A stretch of 61,060 bases of DNA, the filler included, from Sluysia triapertura (lineage: Eukaryota): the NCBI GenBank assembly GCA_046118255.1. It is 4 parts of 4 records of this genome, joined end to end, with 100 filler letters (N's around TTAATTAATTAA, not from the genome) between each part and the next. Parts side by side here need not be neighbours in the genome. Positions count along the whole stretch, not along the records: positions 29,296 to 49,267 come from JBJNIA010039913.1; 3 more parts are not named here. One strand, written 5' to 3'. The notes below the pieces were generated by a model. The model searched no databases. It saw only the letters and a program-made list of their open reading frames with translations, and was not told the origin of the DNA. Positions 37,435 through 49,225 of the stretch are shown here, one piece after another. A program made the translations under genes and the position numbers. Position 1 is the stretch's first letter, and each line of letters starts with the position of its first letter.

Positions 37435-39150
37435 TTAGTGGATTTGGTATATGAGCAATATTGTTAACATCTCGACGTAAAAGCATTGAAAGTTGATAAA
37501 AGACAAAGGGTTTCGCTCTAATTCTATAATATGCACTGAGATAATTTTCGAATTCTGATTTAGTTCGTATTCGATTTCTAAAGTTAGGATAACATGAAAT
37601 AATTGATATTCAACAAAGTTATCGCAAAACACTCTCCAATGGTTAACATTTTTGCTTGCGTCCGATTCATACATGCACCAATTCGATATGCAGCAAAGCA
37701 TGGAGATATTAATGATTTTGTCTGTGTTACCTTGTATGATTGAATAATGTTCCGTTGAAGTGCTCTCAATGTCGTAATATAATTATACATTTTGAGTTTA
37801 CATTGATTACACATGTCATGCTTAAAGAAACCTTAAAACTGATTTTATTCGTAATCCCGACGGTGTTCATAATTGATTCTATGCGGAACAGTATAGCGAT
37901 CATCATCATCATCATCATGATTAGATATAAGCATGGGTATCTACACCTACTTGATACAAACACGATTACAAAGGCGATGATAAATAATATTGCAGCCAAT
38001 ATTAATATTAACAAAGCTGGATCATTTTTTAACATTTCTGATAACGATAAATATTTCCTTGTTCTTTTAGTGCAAAATGTAAATGCTCCAATCTTGCTGG
38101 TGATACATATATTCTCGCGATAACGTACCGTTCTTCGGTAAGTTTACTATATCAGGCATGCGCAAACTTTTTAACTTGCGACCCAATTTCAACAGATATC
38201 TATTTTTGGCGACCCTAACTTATTAAAAAATTATAGAAAAACTTCATAAATAAAATAAACACCTTTTTAATAACAAAATGTATTTTTCTGTTTCTTATAA
38301 ATTAAATAAATTAAATATTATGAACAACAACAGTTCTAATTCTTTAGCAAAAATAAAGAAAAATTAACAAATTTAAATTTTAATATCTTTGTATCAACAA
38401 TGCAATATTATGTCTGTTAATATTTTTTCAACACGTCGCTGTTATTTAATAACTGCTATTTCGCGATCTAAGTTGAATAGCATTTTGTAACACCTTAACT
38501 CGGACTTCTGGATTGCAATTACGAAATTCGAGATATTCGGTTTTATAAACGTACGCATCGTTCACACCACATTGTACTATAGCAATCATCATTGTCAATA
38601 TTAAAGGTATTAAAGATGCGTAGTTCTCTACTAAAATCAACAATGTGCAAAACAATCCATATTGGGTCTATAACTGCAAGAATTAATGAAATAACGAATC
38701 TTTGCGGTATTGTGAAGTGTATTATTTAGTGAAACATCAATACTAACATTCGCGACCTGACAATTTTCGAATCTAGGAGTAGTTTACTGATACTTGCTTA
38801 TCGTGAAACTCCGTACCTTTCGAATGTTTCTAGTGATATCTAACGCGAACGCCATTAACATTGGCCTATTAGCGTGATATACTGTGGTCCAGATAAATAG
38901 AGTAAATATCAAGCTTATGACCAAAAAACATTTTCTAAGATATGAATTCAATTTTTCAATAGTCATTAAAAATGTTTGTAATAACATTTTATGTTCTTTT
39001 CCTTTATCAATGGCGGCACACATTTCTATATTCTTCATCATGTCTATCGACATTCGATCTACGATATATATTACAGTTTGTGTGGGCTCATTAGTGCGAG
39101 GAAATTGTAACGTATTTTAAATTGTGAAAATTTATTTTGAAGACCTATGC
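37435..39150 (-). pseudogene. Env-like third ORF of the Gypsy element (degraded, interrupted at about 38153-38420)
   Basis: Co-directional with and directly downstream of the integrase. It has a hydrophobic leader, a Cys/NxS-T-rich segment, a TM (LLILILAAILFIIAFVIVFVS) + RCRYPC + a second hydrophobic stretch, then more Cys-rich sequence. Confidence 0.45.
38153..38420 (+). mobile_element. hAT-like (Charlie-type) terminal fragment
   Basis: caggcatgcgcaaacttttt...gcgaccc (twice) terminal pattern followed by an AT-rich body. Confidence 0.5.
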
Positions 39151-39179
39151 GCTTCCAGGCATCCTGTGATCTTTCTCGC

Positions 39180-40930
39180 ATGATTACATATGTCGACCAT
39201 ACATTAAGTAAAATGGAGTGAAGTTAGTAGCTGGATGTATCGAGCTCCTATAATCAAATAATCAAATAATTCTATAATTTACATAAGACTGAAGCATATT
39301 TATTAAAGTTCGGTTTGGGAATGATGTCACTGATTTAATCACAACGCTGGTGAAATTTGTACCTTGATCAGTAAGTAGTTTTCTTGGAGTACCATAGCTT
39401 TTCTACCAAATCTTTTCTAGCAGTACTTGTGCGATTGTTTGGGTATGCCTCGGGCCATATCCGTCGCTGTAAATTCCATAGGTGATAGTGGTTCAGCATT
39501 GGCCTCTATTTTTTCTTCTACAGTAGATTGAAGACTACATCATTTTTTAATAATTCTCCATATCTTCCCAGTAATATTAATATTTTATCCTAGGTAGTGT
39601 TTTTCTCATGGACAGATATCCACAAGCTGTCCATCATGAAAGTAAATTAAAATAGGTTTGACTAGAAATTTAGGAACGATAGTTCTCCATTCATCCTTTG
39701 AATTTTTAAATTTAAAGCTAATATTTTCGCCTAGGCCGCAATTAGTGTTCCTTTAATCAAGGAATCTAAGATAAAAGAAATTTCTCTATTTGATGTTTAA
39801 TGATTTCGTCTTAATTCTGTGTTTTGCCGGATATTGGCATAATTTGTACGAAGTTAATATTATCTTTGTTATCTGCATTTGTTAGTTTTGACATACTGTC
39901 AGCACCATTATTTTGTGTACCTGTTTAGAGATAATTTCCAAATCGAATTTGGATATTTTACTGAACCATCTATTTAATCTACTAACTTCATCTCTGTCGT
40001 TATATAAGTATGATATGTGTACAGCTAAATCTTTTGCCCCAACAAATAATGCCTAAATAATTTACAGGCATATACTATAGCGATACATTCTCTTTCTGCT
40101 GCGGAATAATTCATTTCAACCTTATTCAGATGACAACTCGCGTTTGCAATGACTACTTCTAAATTGTTTTTAACATTATGATCCAAAATTGCTCCGACAG
40201 CATAATTACTGGCATCAGTAGTTAGATTAAACGATTTATTAACATCGTATCTAACTCGCTATCCCAATATCCAATTTCTCTTGATTGTATTCTGACGCAA
40301 CAAACGATTTGTCCTAGCTGGCACTACACATTCACTTCTACTTAGTAACGAAGGGCGTTCGTCCACTGGTTGTCCATTAATCTTGCTTGATCAAAATCTA
40401 ATTGTGATAGTATATCCATCTCCATTATCATATATTCGTGACATTTCTTCATAACTCTCAATTTAATTTTTAGTTAGTTTTGTCCTAACTCACACTGAGC
40501 TTTCATTACGCCAATTATGTTACTCGCATCTCCGGTAACTCCAGATAGATGGGACTGGCAAGACTTTTCACTTTTTTGGTTAAAAAATTTTCATTAATCT
40601 TGTATCTATTAGTGCTGAGACTACTGCGCCATTTATTCTAATATTCACCATTGGTCTTTTGAGCCATTATAAGTATTATTTGCACATATTATCATATAAA
40701 CTACCATGTTGGAGTGGTGGATATATTCGTGTTTTCATATTTTCCTTCATTTCTGCTAATTCCTCTTTTTCATTTTTTCGTATTGATTGAAAAGCTATAT
40801 TTTCTGTTTGTTGTTTTTCTTTTAAAGCATTTATTTGTGCACTTGCATGATGATGCAAAAGATATTTTGCTAAAATGGGAAACATTCGATTATTCGTTTC
40901 CAAGTAAACCCTGAAATTTTATAAATTCTG
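39180..40930 (-). mobile_element. Gypsy LTR retrotransposon pol remnant (protease, RNase H, integrase; RT largely deleted)
   Basis: RPMVNIRINGAVVSALIDT; FNLTTDASNYAVGAIL..NYSAAERECIAIVYACKLFRHYLLG; RLNRW; YGTPRKLLTDQGTNFTS. Confidence 0.9.
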
Positions 40931-41198
40931 ATTACTGAAGACGCCTCAGAAATTATTAGTGCGATTAATAATATAGACAAATTAATTGTAGATTATTATA
41001 GATTTTAGTGCTTTAAATCGATACGTAGAACATTTTATAACACAGGTCTTACTAAAGTTATGATGACTATCAAAAATGCCAAAAGGTAGGATTTATAGTC
41101 GATTTAATTCCAACAATGCCTAACAATTAATAAAGAATTTGGAATGCCTATCAGAACTATTAAGTGGAAATTCGAAATTTCGAACACACACTAGAACC

Positions 41199-41199
<1 letters not shown>

Positions 41200-41245
<46 letters not shown>

Positions 41246-41265
41246 AATTATTATTATTATTATAA
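41200..41265. repeat. (ATT)n microsatellite
   Basis: Direct inspection. Confidence 0.9.
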
Positions 41266-41423
41266 ATTTAAGTTAAGCAAAACAATAATGAAAAAAAATT
41301 AAGCCTAAATTGTATGAAGTTATTCGCTTTGCCATTTCTGTTTTCAGTGTTGTTATTGTTTATCTAAATTTTATATCATATCAAGATAAATACACACATA
41401 TTTCGTCTTAAATAATCATTTCT

Positions 41424-41621
41424 ATGTTGGCCAAAAACAGGAAAAATATGTTTTTCTTTGGTTTACCAGACATGAATCCCATAGAAAATCCGTGGCAGAT
41501 TGTCAAAAGGAGAGTTTCTATCCATAAACAAACCACCAGGACGGAACTTATTGTAACCCTGATAAAAATATGGCATCACGATGACGAGATCAAAGACTTG
41601 TTCCCAAAGCTCCTCACGTAA
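41424..41621 (+). mobile_element. Tc1 (DD34E-type) transposase C-terminal fragment
   Basis: PDMNPIENPWQIVKRRV...LIKIWHHDDEIKDL. Confidence 0.85.
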
Positions 41622-43373
41622 ATTATCACTATAGCTTTATTTCTTCGAAAATATATTCCTAATCGGTTTTAAGTTTAACTTTTCAATTATTTCTAAAACA
41701 GTATCCTCGAGTAAATTGCGACCTCTGTTAATTTATTCAATGTTTCAATGAATAAAAATAACAAGGAACCACATATGTTTTTATAAATGTGAATTAATAA
41801 CTGTTTATTTATTGAAAAATTATTTATTTTTATTTTATCTGCAAATTTCGATATTATACCTATTTTAAATGTTGTGATATGTGTGGCAGCTCAGTCTTTT
41901 TATAATCGATTTTGCAAATTATTGACCATAGCTACTAAATTCAATAAATTAATAGTTGATGATTATTGGGGACCAAATCTAATTCAAAATTCGGTCCGGA
42001 CTCGATTTTTTTGCGAGCTTCTTCGAGACTTGTGTTTGTACATCTCGTTTCAACAGATGCAAGAGATAGATTCTTGGGTTTGAACAACCATATGTTGCTG
42101 TTATTTAACATTAGATGAAAAATTTTTATTAATGGTGAAATTTATTCGTTAAATGTTCGATCTGTTTATTTTTTTGTAAACCTGATTAAATTACTGTGAA
42201 GTTGATTTGAATAAAATAATTGAAAGTAATTTGAGAAGTACAGTAGAAATAGGAAACATCAGTAGAGTTTCGCATCTTACAACTGTAGCAATTAGACTTA
42301 ATGTAATGGAAATATCATACACATAAAGCACCTCGACGTGTCATCCTATAATCACAACCACACAAAACCTATAATAAGAAATAATTTGAATTAAGATCCA
42401 CGTCTTACACACTTAGGGCTCATCAAGCGGATTTAGTGCACCAGGTCCCACAAAGCAGTGATATTTTTTGAACAGTATATATTAACATATAAACATTAAC
42501 AGAACCTATAAAAACAAGTCAGAGCCTGAGACCACGCGTTACAAAAATGAGTCACAGCCTCCAATATTAACGGAATTGCTATAAGCCTGTGTCATCGTCC
42601 CAAATATGAGTCATCGTGATTTATGTCCTTTGTTAAATTAAATCAAGAATGAAAATTGCTTCTAAAAATGTATACGATTAATTTTATTTTAAATCTATAT
42701 AAATTGGAATTAACATTTGCATTTAATTACTCAAAAACATTAAAATTTATTACAATAAATAGATGAAAAATTTATAACAGAATTGAAATTCAATAATATT
42801 AAATATCGATTTTATGGGCCTTTTACAAACACATGAGAAAAGATATTTTTCTTATTGCATATAATTTAATCGTGTAGAAAAATAGAAAAGTATAATTTTT
42901 GAAATGAATGATGAAGATCCTTCTCAAATATGATTTGTTGGGACACCAATAATAATTGTTAGTAAAATTAATCGGTTAAAAATTATTTTTCATATAGATC
43001 TACGAATTTTACTTCATATTAAAATTTTCTTCCCTGCGAATAAAAGCACTTATTTGACCGTAAAAGTTTCCGAATTATTAATTTTTTAAACTTTTAAAAT
43101 GAATTAAATTTATTTTTTCATTTAGTTTAACTTTAACTTTAAAAATTACAATCAATTATTTACAGATTTCACATTTATTGATTTGTGTTAAACTTCTCTC
43201 GTTAATTCTCGTAATTATAGGCCTTTTTGAATTATTATTATTATTATAAATTCGTACTCATAATGTGCTTTAACTTTATAATACAGCACTTTCTAATTAC
43301 GATATCTTTATTACATTATTTGATTTCTTATCCATGAACTTTTTGTTGTGGCAATTTTTCTAACTATAATATA

Positions 43374-43853
43374 CTACCTCCGTTCAAAATTGATTGTCTC
43401 GTTATTTTTATGTAGAATATATATTTCGCTTTAGACAACTTTTTTATTTATGAAAATATTTTATTACAAATTATATGACTATTACATATCTCGTAATACA
43501 TTGCATCGAATATTGCATGTTAATTGTACCTTTTGGCAATTTCCTATTGTTAGATCGCACGAGACGTGGTTGCAGGATGGCAATTCTCTCCTCGTTGCTC
43601 CAGATGTTTGATTTCCGTGATTTAAAGTTATTTGGACTGAAAAGAAAATAGCAGCGAGTTATTTTGGTGCGCAGTCAAAAATTACAATTTCAGAAATTGC
43701 AGTTATTTATAAAATTATTATAATTACTGAACAATTACTTGCCAAAAATTATTTTATTAGTTTATGATTCTCTATTGTTCATAAATAAATGACTCATTGT
43801 CATCTTACATATTGTTAAGTTAGCAACAAATGTCAAATGAGACAATCATTTTT
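43374..43853 (-). mobile_element. Second copy of the Stowaway-like MITE (reverse orientation)
   Basis: TA|ctacctccgttcaaaattgattgtctcg; internal blocks are reverse complements of 6760-6830, 6890-6935 and 7275-7415. Confidence 0.75.
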
Positions 43854-44049
43854 AAATTAAATATTTAAATTACCTTTTTTAGTTTCAATAATTGTTAAAA
43901 ATTATTATTTTATTTACAAAATTATTATTATTATACATTTATTACCTTATAATTATAAAATATAATTAATTATATCGAATTATGTTTAATATTTATTAAG
44001 CAGCATCTAGATATGATTGATCGAAAATAGAGAAACCACCAATTTCCTG

Positions 44050-44960
44050 TTAAAAACTTAAAGAAAAGAGAGATCTTCAGAGTGGCTAAGCTAGAGTTAC
44101 ATAAAATCCTGCAACTGCGTCTATTTCAAGCGAACCCGAATAATAATGATAATAATTATTTATATTTGCTAAGAAGATCAGATTAACTTCAACAATAATT
44201 TCAATTTTTCGCTCACATTTTTCATTGAAGATTCTAATAACATTCAAATGGTTATTCTACATGTTCTCATTGATCGACCAAGTTCATAAATAATAAATAA
44301 TAATAAATAAAATTTAATAATATAACTAAAAACAAACCTGCCATGGAAATAATAATGTTAGCATAGAACGTTCCCAGTTCCTCCAGAGACACGTAGCAGT
44401 GCACTGGATAATCACCCACTTTAAAATCGGTAATATTAAAATTCAAATTATATATCTTTTGAAGTATCTCGGAATTGATATTGTATATAATATTTTCTGT
44501 GATATTTGGGTCATTCCTGAAATGGTACATATTTAATATATTTATCCATAATAATGATTTCACTGTTACATCAGTTTTATTGATGCAGTACAAGACTCTC
44601 AATGGGTGCTTCTGTGATTATAAGTGTAATAATGTTGAGCTTCTGATTTTACAAGAGTACTCTTGGTATATTTGAAATTATTGAATTCGAGATGCAGACT
44701 TGTACACATTTCTTCGATCAAATGCGAACTTATTCAGATAAAATTGTTGAGATATTAATAATAACAGAGCTTATGGATCGAAAATTTTTGTTAGTACATT
44801 TATTTGGAAATAAATACTTCAAAACCAATGAAGAAAAGTAAGATTTTATAATCTTCAGTAATAAAAATAGCAGCAATACCAAAACAAGTGAAAGAAAGTT
44901 AATTGTAAGACACACACTAGATGCGAAATATAGACTGTTATATGGATTCAAAAATGAACA
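44050..44960 (-). pseudogene. Possible rhodopsin-like GPCR pseudogene
   Basis: Several hydrophobic segments across frames: AFDR (DRY-like), loop Cys (PVHCYVS) before TM FYANIIISMAGLFLVILLNFIYYYLL, then ERKIEIIVEVNLIF. Confidence 0.35.
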
Positions 44961-44994
44961 TGGAAGAAAATATTAATTGTATTGTTAAAAAGTG

Positions 44995-45500
44995 TAGATA
45001 TTCGAAAATTTATTAATAAAGAAACATCTAAACTTATTGTTCATAACTAGCAACACCGATTTTAACATTGGTTTATTGTACCCAATTTCATATAGAAAAG
45101 TGAAAAAATTACAATTAATAATTAATCGAGCAGCAAGACTAATTCTCCAAGTGGGAAGAAGAATAGAATTCAAATTCATGACAATAATTTACAAATGCTT
45201 ACATTACGGAAGTACTGAATATCTCTTACAAATAATAAAAAATTTGGAAACCAAGATGAATAATATTTCATTGAGACATAATAATAATAATAATCTATAC
45301 AGAATCCACAGTGATAATAATAAGCTAGATGATACTGTTTCAAAATATACAACCAGTACTACCAGAGAATGTCAAATTACTGGAAGATTATGAAATATTT
45401 AAGAAACAGGTTTCTGTTTCAGAAATATTTTATTTTAAGCGCTTTTGAGTACTTATGAGTGTATCTGAGCGCAATATAAATTAATATATTATTATTATTA
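44995..45500 (+). mobile_element. L2/CR1-group LINE 3' end
   Basis: KLQLIINRAARLIL..RIEFKFMTIIYKCLHYGSTEYL; same 3' tail as the copy at 32 kb, ending in (TTA)n. Confidence 0.85.
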
Positions 45501-46876
45501 TTATGATTACGATTATTATAATATTATAATTTTGCATAATTATTGTCTTATTTTATTGTATTGTTTAAATATTACAAATATTATCTTAAATATATTAAAT
45601 AATGTTTGAATTCATAAATGTACTTTCTCTTTGTAATGAATCACCGAAAATTGTTGCGGTCATCAATGTGTGCTCTATGTTACTGTTTCAATATCCATTT
45701 TCCGTGCTAATTCGTATTACCGTATTATTAAGTGGAGTACAATTTCAACGATTCTTAGTTTACTTTGAAAGATTATAACTTTTACAAGGAACACTTAGTT
45801 TGATATGTGAGGTGTCAATATCAATGCATAACCTAATAATTTTTGATAATTTGGATACTTCCATGCTGTTATTTCCAAGCAATTGCCAAACTCATTCATC
45901 GTACGTGACACTGAAGATATGTGAATGTTCTTTAGTTTTCTCCATTTTGTATTGAAAATTAAGAATATCAGCTGGTTGACTTGTTCGTTTAAGATTATTG
46001 ATTGAATAGATGATCTAACTGATATTATTATTGGATTTAATTTTTCAGATTAACTAATTCAATTTTAGAATATTTGAAATGTCGTTTGAAAACTGTGCTT
46101 AATGTTAATAAGATATTGATCGCTAAGTTGATAATTCCTATTCCGTTCAATGAAGCTGATTCGATTATTTGTCATTAAAATTCGAACTAACTGTGATTTC
46201 AATAATTCGTATCCATGGAAATTGAATTTACACACTGGATGATTGTTAATTTGATTGATTAGATAATCGGAATCTTCCACAAACACGATTCTTTCATAAA
46301 TAAAATAAATATGCATATCTGTTGGATCTGGAATTATAATTTGTCATTATAATAATAGTTTAATATTTAATAAAAACAATAATTACTCCTATTTGGTCTT
46401 TATTTGGTTATTGTCGAATACAAACTGCGAAGTTCGCACAATGTTTTGAACTATCGAGACATAACTGTGATGATTTGGAAGAGTTTTATTTAATTTTTTC
46501 AGTATTATTATTATCATTATTGTTGTTATAATAATAATAATAATAACTAATGTTTAATTGCCTTTATATATAGTTGTTAAAATGAAATCTCAAATAAGTT
46601 TATAGTTTCGTAACTTCACACACAAATCATTTATTTAAGTACTCATTCTAAAGTTGACAAAGCATTACTCACGACAGCACTGAGCAGAATTCGATTATAA
46701 ATAAACAAAATAGGATTCAGTACACATTAACAGTCAAATAATAATTCGCTCATTTTATGTTCTATAATTAGAAACTGATTTATTTTTAGTATTTCCTATT
46801 TTAAATATTCTCAGATTATTATATAAATTTGAATTTTTGAGTTATTTTTATTAATATTCATTGAAATTGAATATTA

Positions 46877-47447
46877 TTGGGTTGGTGCATAAATTCGTGC
46901 TGTTTTTCTTGTTTTAACTGATTTGAGTTATTCATTCAGCTGAATTATCTATTTGAATCATATTAGACTAACTTTCATTTTCATTATCCTCATTAAAATG
47001 AATATTTCCGGCATCTACTCCTTTTTTATTTTAAGCAACATTTAAACGCTGCAGAAGCCATCAGAATGATTTGTCACAGTTATGGGAAAAAGACAGTCTG
47101 GGATTTTCGAAATTTAGCAGTGGAAATTTTGATTTAAACAATGCACCTCGGTCAGGCTGACTGTTTGAACCAATTGATTCATGATGATCCGCGTTTGGAC
47201 AAGCCATAGATTGTGGTCACACCACTATTTCTCGACATCTCAAGAAAATAGGAAAAGTTCATGGGTAAAAAGGAAGTAAGTGATTGTGGCGGAGAATATC
47301 TCACCGATTGAGACTGAGACATTTGTTTTTTCTAATGATTTAATAAATTCATTTTGTTATCTGGAACTTTTTGCATGATTTTTATTCTTGATCAGTATGC
47401 ATTTTTCATGATTGTAAAAAACCGCACGAACTTATGCACCAACCCAA
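46877..47447 (+). mobile_element. Internally deleted mariner element with both TIRs and TA target duplication
   Basis: TA|ttgggttggtgcataaattcgtgc ... gcacgaacttatgcaccaacccaa|TA; HTH FRHLLLFYFKQHLNAAEAIRMIC..GNFDLNNAPRSG. Confidence 0.92.
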
Positions 47448-48084
47448 TATTTGTCGTCACAACCCTTTAAAATCCTTACGAAATACTAAAGTAAAGTTCG
47501 TTTTCGAAAAAAGAATTTTCAATAATATTCAAAAATTACAAAAAAACAATAAATTAAGGGTGATTTGTAATCACTATCAAAATAACTGAGGTGTAGCGTA
47601 GTAAGAGGATATGTATAAAAATAAAGACCCTATAAAAATAAATCAAGAGTAATTGCATCACTTACTGTAAACGAACCATGCTAAAATTTATTTTGCTGCA
47701 TGCTAAGAATTAAGAAAACCACAGCAAAATTTGACTCCCGAATTGTGACAATATAAATTGACACTATACATCAAATTCTCTAAGTTAGGTTGTAATTTAC
47801 CCTGTAAGTAGATAAACAGTATAAAATTTCATAAGTTAAGCTATATTCTGAATGTCATAAGTGATGCTAATTATTAAATTTCCTAACCTAAGTTGTTTAA
47901 GTTGCTGATAAGTTTAAGTTACATTAATTATTTGATTAAGTGAAGTTAAATTGATATTAATTTTAAGTATTTCTGGTTGTATAAGTCAGTTTGGTTTTAA
48001 AGCATATAGTATGTAGTTATATTTAATTATCGCATTCCAAGAAAATAAGGAAAAAAATAATATATTTATATTAAAAACCTAATT

Positions 48085-48150
48085 TTCGGGCCCCAAAAAT
48101 CACGGGCCCTAGACACATGCCTAGGTTGCCTAGGCCTTAGTCCGACCCTA
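48085..48150 (+). mobile_element. hAT-like MITE terminus
   Basis: gggcccc..gggccctag..gcctaggttgcctaggccttagtccgaccct; a related end ccaggccttaatccggcct lies at about 50307. Confidence 0.4.
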
Positions 48151-48199
48151 TCGTACACCGATAATAAGCACACGGCACATCGGTTGTCATAAAAATAGC

Positions 48200-49075
48200 C
48201 AACATCCGGATGAATGCAGACTATGTGGATTTGACCCAAGCTCTCGCATGGCTCAATGGAAGTCTTACGGATAAGTGCGTTAGATTGCAAACCTGCTGGT
48301 CGAAACTCCGAACTTCCATCAAGAACTTGGAACGCAAGTACCGAATCACTGCTTCATTCATCCTTGAAGTCGGACATTTTGGCGACAATCAATCATCATT
48401 AATCACTGCCACAAGGACAAAATAGGCAAATACCTGCACGAGCTGATCTCCACTTGCAATACCAAGATATGGAAGTCTCTTGACTGTCTCATACGGTACC
48501 CACTCTCCAACAAATCCCTGTCACTTGAACTGAAAAATAATGCATGGATGTTTATGATCAAGGTCTGGAACAATATCCTTAGTCTTAATTTCTGTACACT
48601 GAACATACGTCCCCATCTGTCAGCATCGTGCCTGAATCCTTTCTGCAAGGATTGTGCTTATTTCCTCACACAAGCATAACCAGAACAGTCAAACACAACA
48701 AAATCCTTATCTACCTAGTGGATTCTTGGTCATCAAGGATTCGCCAACGCGAATTATCACTGACTCTCGACTACCTCACATGCAGGCCCGTGGTACTTCC
48801 TCATCACAACTGTTCTTGATTGATGTCAAGACCGCCAAGGACCTGAAGAAAACTTCGAGATACTCCGAACCACCAATACTGTGAATTATGCTGATCTCCA
48901 GGACAAACTGCAGGAACAACTGAAGTGCCTCTGGATACATTCGTCGATGGAGCCTTGGGCTCATGGGATCCCGAGAATGACACGCTTCTCAAGACTGAAA
49001 TCAAAACCTGGTACGACTAGCTGTGGAGTGCTCGAATAACGCATACCGCGACCATGTCATGCCAGGTCCATGAAA
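48200..49075 (+). mobile_element. RLE-type non-LTR retrotransposon (Utopia/NeSL-like) C-terminal remnant
   Basis: GC-richer island; KHNKIL, QLFLIDVKT, TFVDGALGSWDPENDTLLK, AYRDHV. Confidence 0.75.
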
Positions 49076-49158
49076 GGAGAAAGAAAATTGGTCCATATAT
49101 AAGAAGACCTTCCTTCTCTAAAAAGATAAGAGGCTTAAAATACATGTTTTTCATTATC

Positions 49159-49225
49159 ATCGAACTGCGCAGCGAGAAGACCCGGGTTCGATTCGCTGTT
49201 AGACCATTTTATGAAGTCTAACATT
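49159..49225 (+). mobile_element. Diverged copy of the tRNA-derived SINE-like repeat
   Basis: actgcgcag..acccgggttcgatt..ccattttatgaagtctaacatta. Confidence 0.65.

Noticed and set aside
45620-46470. Minus-strand degenerate ORF (46065-46316)
   Set aside because: No identifiable motif or consistent exon structure
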